NCBI GenBank assembly: GCA_018818185.1
Contig: JAHISL010000066.1
Span: forward strand, 1 to 33,885
Length of the DNA stretch: 33,885 bases
Reading direction: 5' to 3'
From: Patescibacteria group bacterium
GTDB lineage: Bacteria > Patescibacteriota > Microgenomatia > UBA12405
Positions 12,929 through 21,886 of the stretch are shown here, piece by piece (the stretch's first letter is position 1; each line of letters starts with the position of its first letter). The translations under genes were made by a program, and so were the position numbers. The notes beneath the pieces were generated by a model, which searched no databases, was not told the DNA's origin, and worked only from the letters and a program-made list of their open reading frames with translations.

Positions 12929-13798
12929 TTAAATACATCTTTTCATATCCTCTAAACCCTCCTGAAGGGTTTTTGTGGTGATGCCAAGAGTTTTGATCTT
13001 ATCATTGTTGAGAGCGGCGTTTTTGGCAAAAGGACGGGCATTTTCAGTTTTCAAATAATCTGCCAGTTTACTAGGCATAATTTTGGAATTATCTAGCCCG
13101 AATACTTGTGCAATCATCTGGGCCATCTCAAATGGTGACTGAGAGGAGGAGCCGACAAGATGATAGATACCGACAGGTTTTTGCTCGAAGAATATTTTTA
13201 GGCCAGCAGCAATGTCATCGATATAGGTTGGAGTAGTGATTTGATCGTCAAAAAGATTGAGGGTGTCGCCGTTTTCTATTTTTTGCTTTATTTTACGGAC
13301 AATATCAACTTTAAGATCATACTTGGCCCGATAAGGAAAGGCCAGACGAGCGATAGATGCAGAGATACCAGAATTTAAGACAACTTTCTCGGCCATAGCC
13401 TTGGTTTCACCGTACCATTCGATGGCAGAGGTAGGATCGTCCTCGAGATAGGGAGTCGGTTTTTGACCGTCGAAAACATAATCGGTGGAAATGTGAATTA
13501 AATATTTGCCGTACTTTTGGCATAAGTTAACAATATTTTGTGTACCAACAACATTTAGCTGATAACAAAGACCGCTCTGATCCCCTTTTTGATCCCAGGC
13601 AGCATTGGTATCAGTGAAAGCGGCAAGATGTAAAACTGCGTCAGCGTCTGGGTGAGCAGCAAAGACAGTTTCTAATTGCTGAGGATCAAGGATACTGATT
13701 CCGGTCTCAAGAGAAATGTTAATAAATTCAATATCGGGATTAAGCTCGATAATTCGTGAACCAACTAAGCCAGTAAGGCCGGTACCAATAACTTTCAT
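12929..13798 (-). CDS. rfbD: dTDP-4-dehydrorhamnose reductase (RmlD-type SDR)
   Basis: 289 aa with the N-terminal glycine-rich GTGLTGLVGSR, YGETKAMAE (YxxxK) and RmlD-like length. It is positioned after rfbB-rfbC. Confidence 0.75.
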   Translation of the reverse strand: MKVIGTGLTGLVGSRIIELNPDIEFINISLETGISILDPQQLETVFAAHPDADAVLHLAAFTDTNAAWDQKGDQSGLCYQLNVVGTQNIVNLCQKYGKYLIHISTDYVFDGQKPTPYLEDDPTSAIEWYGETKAMAEKVVLNSGISASIARLAFPYRAKYDLKVDIVRKIKQKIENGDTLNLFDDQITTPTYIDDIAAGLKIFFEQKPVGIYHLVGSSSQSPFEMAQMIAQVFGLDNSKIMPSKLADYLKTENARPFAKNAALNNDKIKTLGITTKTLQEGLEDMKRCI

Positions 13799-13825
13799 AG
13801 ATTTTTTAGTTAATAATTAACAAAA

Positions 13826-14386
13826 TTACCACTTGATAGTTTTTAGCTCTGCTTCGATATCTTTGAGTATGGGCCAGGTTTTATCTTTTTCGGATAGAAT
13901 GGGGTTGGCGGCCAGCCAGGCAACATTAATGTCGGGATCGTTCCACAAGACACCACCCTCAGATTCTTTGTTGTAGAAATTACTGCACTTGTACTGAAAA
14001 TCAGCTGTTTCGGACAAGACATAAAAGCCATGAGCAAAACCAGCTGGAATAAAAAACATATTTTTATTTTCTGCTGTAAGATGAGCCGAATCCCATTTAC
14101 CAAAGGTGGGAGAATCGGGACGAATGTCGACAGCAACGTCAAGAACCTCACCCTGAGAAACTCGAATTAATTTGGCTTGAGCAAAGGGAGGTTTTTGAAA
14201 GTGAAGACCACGAAGAACAGCCTTACCTGAACGGGAATGATTATCTTGAACAAAATCGACGTCAATACCAGCATCTAAAAATTCTCTTTTACTGTAGGTT
14301 TCCATGAAAAATCCACGATCGTCACCGAAAACTTGGGGTTCAATTAAAATAAGACCAGGGATAGACAGTTGGGTAAATTTCATCAT
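13826..14386 (-). CDS. rfbC: dTDP-4-dehydrorhamnose 3,5-epimerase
   Basis: FGDDRGFFMETY, RGLHFQKPPFAQAKL, GFAHGFYVL and DPDINV are cupin RmlC signatures. The track start at 14404 is a TTG; the ATGs at 14386 and 14383 (MMKFTQL) are more plausible. Confidence 0.9.
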   Translation of the reverse strand: MMKFTQLSIPGLILIEPQVFGDDRGFFMETYSKREFLDAGIDVDFVQDNHSRSGKAVLRGLHFQKPPFAQAKLIRVSQGEVLDVAVDIRPDSPTFGKWDSAHLTAENKNMFFIPAGFAHGFYVLSETADFQYKCSNFYNKESEGGVLWNDPDINVAWLAANPILSEKDKTWPILKDIEAELKTIKW

Positions 14387-14410
14387 ATTAAGTAATGATA
14401 TCAAATGTCA

Positions 14411-15427
14411 CTATTTTTGTCTTGAAGCGGCCAAACGTTGGTAAAAAGCTTCGGCTTCAGTTTTGGCTTCTCGCCACCAGGCCTCGTTTTCTTGATACCA
14501 CTTAATCATTTTTTGAAGTCCGGAGTCGAGGGTTTCCTGGGGCTCCCAACCAAGCTCATTGTGAAGTTTTTCCCAAGACACTGCGTAATTGTCGTGAGCA
14601 GGTCGATCAGTCACAAATTCTATCTGCGACTCATCTTTACCCATAAGATTGAGGACTCTTTTAACCAAATCAATATTAGTTGAGGTCTCTTTTAGACCAC
14701 CGATACAATAGGTTTCCCCTATTTTTCCTTTATTGACAACAGTTTCAATAGCAGAGCAATGATCGGTAACATAGAGCCAATCACGAAAGTTTTCACCTTT
14801 GCCGTAAACAGGAACTTTTTTGCCATCGATGATATTGGTAATCATTCTGGGGATCATCTTTTCAGGGTTCATATATGGACCGTAATTGTTGGAACAGTTG
14901 GTAATGGTGATGGGTAGACCAAATGTTTTACCAAATGATCGGACAAAATGATCAGAAGAGGCTTTTGAGGCGGAATAAGGAGAAGAAGGGTCATAGGGAG
15001 TTTCCTCGGAAAATTGAAGATTGGAACCAAAATCGATGGAACCAAAAACCTCATCGGTAGAAATATGGTGGAAACGAATATTGCCGTGCTTTTTGGCTGA
15101 GTTTAAAAGAGTGTAAGTGCCGATAACGTTTGTTTTGACGAAAAGAAGAGGATCGTCAATAGAGCGATCAACATGGGATTCAGCGGCAAAATGAACGACT
15201 AGCTCGACTCCACTGGACATAACACTGTCGACGGCAGACTCATCACAAATATCACCCTGAACGAATTGATAATGAGAGTTGGATTCGAGATCTTTTAAAG
15301 ACTCTGGATTAGCGGCATAAGTTAACTTATCGAAATTGATAATCTCATCGTCGGGATGACGAGAAAGCCAATAATGAATAAAATTACTACCGATAAAACC
15401 GGAACCACCAGTGACTAATATCTTCAT
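14411..15427 (-). CDS. rfbB: dTDP-glucose 4,6-dehydratase
   Basis: 338 aa with KILVTGGSGFIGSNF, HFAAESHVDRS, STDEVFG and YSASKASSDH (YxxxK). Its ATG overlaps the upstream stop in an ATGA arrangement. Confidence 0.93.
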   Translation of the reverse strand: MKILVTGGSGFIGSNFIHYWLSRHPDDEIINFDKLTYAANPESLKDLESNSHYQFVQGDICDESAVDSVMSSGVELVVHFAAESHVDRSIDDPLLFVKTNVIGTYTLLNSAKKHGNIRFHHISTDEVFGSIDFGSNLQFSEETPYDPSSPYSASKASSDHFVRSFGKTFGLPITITNCSNNYGPYMNPEKMIPRMITNIIDGKKVPVYGKGENFRDWLYVTDHCSAIETVVNKGKIGETYCIGGLKETSTNIDLVKRVLNLMGKDESQIEFVTDRPAHDNYAVSWEKLHNELGWEPQETLDSGLQKMIKWYQENEAWWREAKTEAEAFYQRLAASRQK

Positions 15428-16743
15428 AGGGTTGGCGTAGCAGAGACACTACTAGTTTTTAACTCAGTACCAATTGTAAAGATAACATCGTAGTTAGATG
15501 TTTCGGCTAATTCGGTAACTGAGGCAGTAGCAAAGAATGGGACATTTTGAGTAAAATAAGCCGAAGGCAAGGTGCTTTTAACCTCAATACTATTACTGGT
15601 AGCGGGTTCTTTGCCATTTCCAGTGGCGACATTCTCGAAACCAAGCTTAACCAACTCAGCTTTTAGGGTGGCGGCTTGACCGTTGATGTCAGTAGCATTT
15701 AGAACTTGGATTTTGATAGTTTTGTCGACCTCAGCCATAGTTGGAGTGGGAGCCTCGGTAATTTGAGGTGTTTCAGGCATAACATTTTCGGTGTCACTGG
15801 TTCCGGGAACAATCTCGGTGCCTTTATTGTTCTGATTTAAAATAAACCAGACGATAACTGAAGCAATGACGGCAGTAACGACGAAAACGGCAATAATGGG
15901 GAGGAGGTTCTTTTTATTGTTTTCCATAGGTTTTAGAGTTGGGGATGAATCAGTAACAGCTTGAACTGGCTTTATTATAACAGGAGAGGGGGTGCTTGAG
16001 CCAACGAAGAAGGATAAAACAGGCAGAGGAACGTTGGTAGCTTTTTTGAAAGACTGACAAATATCAATCTCTTTGTAGTTTTCACCGGGGAGGTATTGCT
16101 TTGGTTCTTTGTTGTTAAAAAATGCTTGAGCATAATTCAAAAGCTTTTTGAGATCGGGAAGAGTTTTTTTGATATAAGAGGTGAGATAAACATTGCCTTT
16201 ATTGGAAAGTAAAGCCAAATATTCATGCTCATTGACAGGATAAAAGAAAAAATATTGGTCATTGTCGAAACGAGAATAAAGCTTGGCAATAGAGGAGGAA
16301 ACAGTTTCAAACTCCAAAACTTTTAGACCAAGTTTTTGAAGATTGCCCGTAAGAATTTTAAATTTCTGTTGATTAAAAATTCGAGTTCTGACCAAGGTTC
16401 TTTTATCGTCAGCTTCAAGGTCAAAGGTGACAGCGTCGGCAGATATTTCAAAGTCGACCGAGTCTTTGGCTAAGGTTATGACTTCTGCCGGGTCGAGCTG
16501 AGTAACAATGGAATCATAAATAAAGGTTTTGGTGATAACGTAGGTGTCATCGAGAAGAACATCTATTTCAGAAATTTTGTTTTGGCGGAAGAAATTGGCG
16601 AGATTGTGTAAAGAATCATCGTTTTGCTCTACCCAAAGATTGGTTTCAAAAGAAAAAGTATTATTTTCGTTTTTGTCTAGATATATTTCAAGACTTTCTG
16701 CCTTTGGCCAGAGAACGACTTTCGTTTTTGAGAAGATTGACAT
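15424..16743 (-). CDS. Single-pass membrane protein with C-terminal LytR_C domain
   Basis: The TM segment is LLPIIAVFVVTAVIASVIVWFIL. The C-terminus, IKIQVLNATDINGQAATLKAELVKLGFENVATGN...YDVIFTIG, matches the LytR_C pattern. The ~275-aa N-terminal cytoplasmic part is unassigned. Confidence 0.65.
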   Translation of the reverse strand: MSIFSKTKVVLWPKAESLEIYLDKNENNTFSFETNLWVEQNDDSLHNLANFFRQNKISEIDVLLDDTYVITKTFIYDSIVTQLDPAEVITLAKDSVDFEISADAVTFDLEADDKRTLVRTRIFNQQKFKILTGNLQKLGLKVLEFETVSSSIAKLYSRFDNDQYFFFYPVNEHEYLALLSNKGNVYLTSYIKKTLPDLKKLLNYAQAFFNNKEPKQYLPGENYKEIDICQSFKKATNVPLPVLSFFVGSSTPSPVIIKPVQAVTDSSPTLKPMENNKKNLLPIIAVFVVTAVIASVIVWFILNQNNKGTEIVPGTSDTENVMPETPQITEAPTPTMAEVDKTIKIQVLNATDINGQAATLKAELVKLGFENVATGNGKEPATSNSIEVKSTLPSAYFTQNVPFFATASVTELAETSNYDVIFTIGTELKTSSVSATPTL

Positions 16744-16752
16744 TAAGTAATC

Positions 16753-17187
16753 TTAACACAATTTGACTCGAGCCACTATATTTCCGTTTTGTTGAAAATA
16801 GTCTAGTTTGCCACCTATTTGATCTAACCTTCTTCGAGAACCGATAACACCAGCACCACCATCTGGCATAGCGTCTCGAAATGGTTTAGTTGATCTTGGT
16901 GTGCTGCTATTTAGGTTTCCAAGGATAGTTTTAATTTCATCTGGAGAAAAGGTGACGTCATCAGAGACCTTTATTTCTTTGGTCGAAATTTTTATCGAAA
17001 CAGTGCCTGCTGGACGATTTGGTCTTTCGACACAATTTCCAATCAATTCCCCCATCACAGATGGTAATGTTTGAGGGTATCTATCGATAATGTCATGATC
17101 ACCATAAATTTGAAACAAAAGGTCGGGGTAGTACTTTTGGTAAAGGCTACAAATTTCACTTAGGCCAGACATGCTGAATTTTAACAT
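16753..17187 (-). CDS. Small stand-alone GHKL / HATPase_c-like protein (tentative)
   Basis: 144 aa with ELIGNCVE (N-box-like E...N), VSDDV and GGAGVIGSRRRL (G2-box-like). The motifs are degenerate, so the family call is weak. Confidence 0.4.
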   Translation of the reverse strand: MLKFSMSGLSEICSLYQKYYPDLLFQIYGDHDIIDRYPQTLPSVMGELIGNCVERPNRPAGTVSIKISTKEIKVSDDVTFSPDEIKTILGNLNSSTPRSTKPFRDAMPDGGAGVIGSRRRLDQIGGKLDYFQQNGNIVARVKLC

Positions 17188-17214
17188 AAAAAAGCCCCTA
17201 TCCAGGGGCTTTTT
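17188..17214. terminator. Bidirectional intrinsic terminator after rpsG
   Basis: AAAAAA GCCCC TATCCA GGGGC TTTTT. On the minus strand the U-run ends directly at ATG 17187 of the next ORF. Confidence 0.8.
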
Positions 17215-17231
17215 ATTAGTGTTGAATAAAG

Positions 17232-17714
17232 TTACCAGCGCAAATGGGAGAAAGCTTTGTTGGCGTCGGCCATTCTTTCGATTTCCTGACGTTTGGCAAT
17301 AGAAGCACCTTCGTTGCTTAAAATTGCAGCCAATTCAGCAGCAAGTTTCAGAGCAAAGCTATGATACTGCTTGTTGGGACGTTTTCTGGCGGAAAGAACC
17401 AACCAACGAATAGCCAGTGAATACTGACGAGTACCACGAACAGGTGTAGGCACCTGATAGACAGAGCCACCAATACGACGAGGTCGAACTTCGACTTTGG
17501 GCTTAAGATTGTCTAAGGCTTGTTCCAGAGTGGTGACAACATCATCACTTTTGCTTTCTTTGGCAAAAATATCTAGAGCATCATAAACCTGTTTTTGAGC
17601 GGCAATTTTGTTGCCAGCGTACATGACACGGTTAATGAGTTTGGTAACAACAATACTGTTGTATTTGGTGTCGGGAAGAACTTCCCTTGTTTTTGTTTGA
17701 CCTTTTCTTGACAT
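17232..17714 (-). CDS. rpsG: 30S ribosomal protein S7 (uS7)
   Basis: 160 aa with PDTKYNS..VTKLINRVM..GNK and a C-terminal ANKAFSHLRW; typical uS7. It follows rpsL by 5 nt. Confidence 0.97.
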   Translation of the reverse strand: MSRKGQTKTREVLPDTKYNSIVVTKLINRVMYAGNKIAAQKQVYDALDIFAKESKSDDVVTTLEQALDNLKPKVEVRPRRIGGSVYQVPTPVRGTRQYSLAIRWLVLSARKRPNKQYHSFALKLAAELAAILSNEGASIAKRQEIERMADANKAFSHLRW

Positions 17715-17719
17715 ATGTT

Positions 17720-18142
17720 TTAAGTTGAAGATTTAGCAGTGCGCTTGGCACCGTACTTACTGCGAGACTGTTGACGGCCGGCAACAGCACCAGCGTCATA
17801 CTTACCGCGAATAATATGATAACGAACACCTGGAAGGTCTCGAACACGACCGCCACGAATAGCAACGATACCGTGCTCAGCTAGGTTGTGGCCAACACCG
17901 GGAATATAGGCAGTAACAACGGCACGGTTGCTCAACCTGATCCTTGCCACTTTCCGCAAAGCGGAATGAGGTTTTTTAGGAGTCATGGTTTTGACAACGG
18001 TGACGACACCTTTTTTCTGAGGGTTATAGCTGTCTACACTAGTGTTTTTGATGCTATTAAAGTTGTCTCGCAAAGCACCAGTTCTTAGTTTGAGACGTCG
18101 AACCTTTCGACATTTACGAATTAGTTGATTAGTTGTAGGCAT
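17720..18142 (-). CDS. rpsL: 30S ribosomal protein S12 (uS12), with an N-terminal insertion
   Basis: [27 protein letters not shown] and [17 protein letters not shown]. At 140 aa it is longer than the 124-aa E. coli protein as I recall it. Confidence 0.97.
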   Translation of the reverse strand: MPTTNQLIRKCRKVRRLKLRTGALRDNFNSIKNTSVDSYNPQKKGVVTVVKTMTPKKPHSALRKVARIRLSNRAVVTAYIPGVGHNLAEHGIVAIRGGRVRDLPGVRYHIIRGKYDAGAVAGRQQSRSKYGAKRTAKSST

Positions 18143-18144
18143 AA

Positions 18145-21100
18145 TTATTTAATTTCCTGATCTTTTCCGACAGGAATCAGACGTCCGATAATAACATTTT
18201 CTTTAAGGCCTATCAAGTGATCGACTTCGGCAAGCAAGGATGCTTCGGTCAAAACTCCAGTTGTTTGCTGGAATGAGGCAGCAGAAAGCCAAGAACCAGT
18301 GGTAAGAGCCGATTGAATCAACCCTAGAAGGACTTTGTGTCCTTTGGCTGGTTTCCCGTTCTTATTCTTCTCTTTGGCCTTTTTATTAGCCCCTTCGTAG
18401 ACAGGTCGGGTAACAACTTGACCGTAAAGGAAGTTGGTATCACCAGGATCTTCGATTTTTAGTTTATCGCTCATTTCCCTGACAATAACTTCGATATGTT
18501 TGTCGTTGATACCGATACCTTGAGACTCATAAACACCTTGGATGGAGTTGATAAGATAACGTTGAGCGGCAACCAAGCCACTAACTTCAAGAATTTCACG
18601 GACATCGACAGGGCCGGAACAAAGTTGAGTCCCCTGTCCAACAAGATCACCATCACCAACAAGAAGGGTGACATTGCTAGGAAGAAGATAATTAATAGTT
18701 TTAGCGACATTATTTTTGTCTTTTCCGCTTAATTTGATTTCATAACCATCAATATTTTCTTTGACTTTTACCTTTCCATCAATTTCAGCTAATGGTGAAG
18801 GAAGTTTGGGCATGCGAACTTCGAAAAGTTCTTGAACACGAGGCAATCCTTGAGTAACGTCGACACCTAGAACACCACCAGTATGTTTAGTTCGAAGAGT
18901 TAGCTGAGTACCAGGTTCTCCGACTGACTGAGCGGCGATAACACCGACAGGAACACCAAAGTCAACCATCTTTCGAGTGGAAAGATCCCAACCATAACAT
19001 TTACGGCAGAGGCCGACCTTGGATCGACAGGTGAGAGCAGAGCGAATATCGACTGTTTTGGCTTCAGAATTTTCAATCAGAGATTGAATCCGGTTATCGA
19101 CCATTTCACCCTTTTTAGCGATGACAGAATTGTCCTTGGGGTCAATAACATCGTTGGCCAAAACCCGTCCAAGCAAGCGACGACCGAAGAATTTTTCGCG
19201 ACCCTTTTCGTTTCGGTTAATTGTCCAGAAACGGGAGGTACCACAATCATCTTCTCGAATAATGGCAACATGAGAAGTATCAACTAAGCGACGAGTTAGG
19301 TAACCGGCATCAGCGGTACGAAGAGCAGTGTCAGCTAGACCTTTTCTGGTACCACGGGCACCAGTAATGTACTCGAAAACAGAGAGACCTTCACGGAAGT
19401 TGCTTTTGGTAGGTAGCTGAACAATTTTACCGGTAGGATCGACCATAAGTCCACGCATACCAGAAAGTTGTTTGATCTGATCTTTAGAAGCACGCTTGAT
19501 ACCAGCAGCAGAGATAATTCTAATTGGGGAATCAATATCTAGAGTTTCCCAAGTTTTCTCGGCAATGGATTCGGTAATTTCCATCCAAACACCTTGACTA
19601 AGACGCTTTTTCTCTTCGTTGCTGATAAGACCATTTTTATAATTGTCTTCGATTTCAACAACTCGCTTGTCGGCAGCAGCAATAATGCTATCTTTTTGCG
19701 CAAGATAACCCATGTCGGGCATAGCCAAAGAAAGTCCTGATAAGGTAAATCCAGCAAAACCAATGTCTTTAAGAGAGTCAATTAGTTTTACGGTTTTAAG
19801 ACGACCAGCAATTTCTAAGGATTTGACGATTAAATCGTTTAGAGCCTTACTACCGGCCATAGGTTGATTGATAAACTCGAATTCTTTTGGAAGAACTGAG
19901 TTAAACCAAATACGACCATAAGTAGTTTTGACAATTTGGTCATTGAGCCTAACGGCGACTAGTTCTCTTAGACCAATTTTCTTGGACTGATAGGCTAGAG
20001 TTACTTCATCTTCATCGGCCATAATAGGCAGATTTAAATAACCCTCGGCCTCTTCTTTGACAAGATCTTCGGTACGAACTGAGGTAATGTAATAACAACC
20101 AACAGCCATTTCCTGAGAAGGAATGGAAACTGGAGCGCCATCGGAAGGTTTAAGCAAGTTACGAGAGGGCAACATCAACATTTTAGCTTCTTTTTGAGCG
20201 GCGGCGGATAGGGGCAAATGAACACCCATTTGGTCTCCATCGAAGTCGGCGTTAAAACCTTTACAAACACAAGGATGAAGCCTAATAGCCAAACCATCGG
20301 TTAAGATTGGTTTGAAGGCTTGAATCGAAAGTTTGTGAAGGGTAGGAGCACGATTCAATAAGATGTAAGTGTTTTTAGTAACTTTTTCGAGAATGTCATA
20401 AACCTCATTGATACGATGATCAATTAAGTTTTTGGCACTTTTGATATTGGCTGCTAAGCCCGAATCCATTAACTCTTTGAGAACAAAGGGTCGGTACATT
20501 TCGAGAGCGATTTCTTTTGGCAAACCGACTTGGTTGAGTTTTAGCTCGGGACCAACGACGATAACAGAACGACCAGAATAATCGACACGCTTACCTAGAA
20601 GGTTTCTACGGAAACGACCTTTTTTACCTCGGAGCAAATCAGAGAGAGATCGAGGAAGTCTTTTGCTGCTTTTACGCTTATTTTTAGAGCTTTTTTGAGC
20701 ATCGATAAGAATATCGACAGACTCTTGAAGCATGCGTTTTTCATTGCGTAAAATAATTTCTGGAGCACCTAATTTGATAAGTTTTTTAAGGCGATTATTA
20801 CGATTGATTAAGCGACGATAAAGGTCGTTTAAGTCACTAGTAGCAAAACGGCCACCAGTAAGTTGGACCATAGGACGAAGATCTGGTGGAATAACAGGCA
20901 CATATTGCATTATCATCCAAGAAGGATTGATATTGTTTTCAATCATGCCATTTAAAATCCTGATCTTGTACATGATCTTTTTCTTTTTAAGTTTTGAGCT
21001 AGTTTTGTCTAGTTCTTTCTTAAGATTTTTGACAGTTTCCGGAAGATCAATCTTTTTTAGAACTTCCAATAGGGCCTCAGCACCCATTTTTGACTCATAG

Positions 21101-21885
21101 AAAATGTCAGCTTTGAACTGAGAAAGATAGAAGGCCTCTTCATCACTAAGGACAGAAAGCATCTCGGTACTTTTGATCTTATCCTCAAGAAATTTAATTA
21201 GAGACTCAATACGATTTTTCTCACTACTAGCTTTGTTTTCAATTTTTTGGACATCTTGCTTAAGACGAACATCTCGCTCTTCTTTAGCGATTAAAAGTTG
21301 ATCTTTATTCTTAATTTTATTATCAAGATCTTTCTTCTCTTTGGCGGTTTGAGTTTTACATTTTTCAATGGCAGCTGCTGATTCGATGTCAATTTGTTCT
21401 TGACGTTTTTGAGAATTAGCGTCTAGATTTTGCAATGCTTCCTTTTTCTTGTCTTTATCGACTGAGGTAACTAAGTATTTTGTAAAATAAACGACAGATT
21501 CAAGATCCTTTTGGGGAACGTCTAGAATAACACCGATGGGAGATGGGGTGTTTCTAAGATACCAAAGATGAGCAATTGGGGCGGCTAGAGTAATGTGGCC
21601 CATACGCTCACGACGAACCTTGCTAGTGGTAACTTCAACACCACATTTATCACAAATAACACCTTTGAATCGGATTTTTTTGTATTTTCCACAATAACAT
21701 TCAAAATCGTGACTTGGGCCGAAGATTTTTTCACAGAAAAGACCATCTTTTTCTGGACGCCAAGATCGATAATTGATGGTTTCAGGTTTTAAGACCTCAC
21801 CATGGGACCAGGAAAGGATTTCCTCCGGAGAAGCGAGTTTAATCTCGATACCGGTGAAATCTAGCATATTTTTAAATTTAAACAT
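18145..21885 (-). CDS. rpoC: DNA-directed RNA polymerase subunit beta'
   Basis: 1246 aa with a Zn-binding CxCGK...C..C N-terminus and the catalytic [18 protein letters not shown] lies upstream, within the end of rpoB. Confidence 0.99.
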   Translation of the reverse strand: MFKFKNMLDFTGIEIKLASPEEILSWSHGEVLKPETINYRSWRPEKDGLFCEKIFGPSHDFECYCGKYKKIRFKGVICDKCGVEVTTSKVRRERMGHITLAAPIAHLWYLRNTPSPIGVILDVPQKDLESVVYFTKYLVTSVDKDKKKEALQNLDANSQKRQEQIDIESAAAIEKCKTQTAKEKKDLDNKIKNKDQLLIAKEERDVRLKQDVQKIENKASSEKNRIESLIKFLEDKIKSTEMLSVLSDEEAFYLSQFKADIFYESKMGAEALLEVLKKIDLPETVKNLKKELDKTSSKLKKKKIMYKIRILNGMIENNINPSWMIMQYVPVIPPDLRPMVQLTGGRFATSDLNDLYRRLINRNNRLKKLIKLGAPEIILRNEKRMLQESVDILIDAQKSSKNKRKSSKRLPRSLSDLLRGKKGRFRRNLLGKRVDYSGRSVIVVGPELKLNQVGLPKEIALEMYRPFVLKELMDSGLAANIKSAKNLIDHRINEVYDILEKVTKNTYILLNRAPTLHKLSIQAFKPILTDGLAIRLHPCVCKGFNADFDGDQMGVHLPLSAAAQKEAKMLMLPSRNLLKPSDGAPVSIPSQEMAVGCYYITSVRTEDLVKEEAEGYLNLPIMADEDEVTLAYQSKKIGLRELVAVRLNDQIVKTTYGRIWFNSVLPKEFEFINQPMAGSKALNDLIVKSLEIAGRLKTVKLIDSLKDIGFAGFTLSGLSLAMPDMGYLAQKDSIIAAADKRVVEIEDNYKNGLISNEEKKRLSQGVWMEITESIAEKTWETLDIDSPIRIISAAGIKRASKDQIKQLSGMRGLMVDPTGKIVQLPTKSNFREGLSVFEYITGARGTRKGLADTALRTADAGYLTRRLVDTSHVAIIREDDCGTSRFWTINRNEKGREKFFGRRLLGRVLANDVIDPKDNSVIAKKGEMVDNRIQSLIENSEAKTVDIRSALTCRSKVGLCRKCYGWDLSTRKMVDFGVPVGVIAAQSVGEPGTQLTLRTKHTGGVLGVDVTQGLPRVQELFEVRMPKLPSPLAEIDGKVKVKENIDGYEIKLSGKDKNNVAKTINYLLPSNVTLLVGDGDLVGQGTQLCSGPVDVREILEVSGLVAAQRYLINSIQGVYESQGIGINDKHIEVIVREMSDKLKIEDPGDTNFLYGQVVTRPVYEGANKKAKEKNKNGKPAKGHKVLLGLIQSALTTGSWLSAASFQQTTGVLTEASLLAEVDHLIGLKENVIIGRLIPVGKDQEIK

Positions 21886-21886
21886 T

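Noticed and set aside
13843-14151. 102-aa ORF nested in rfbC in another frame
   Set aside because: The RmlC frame has all the family motifs, and the nested frame is hydrophobic low-complexity sequence.
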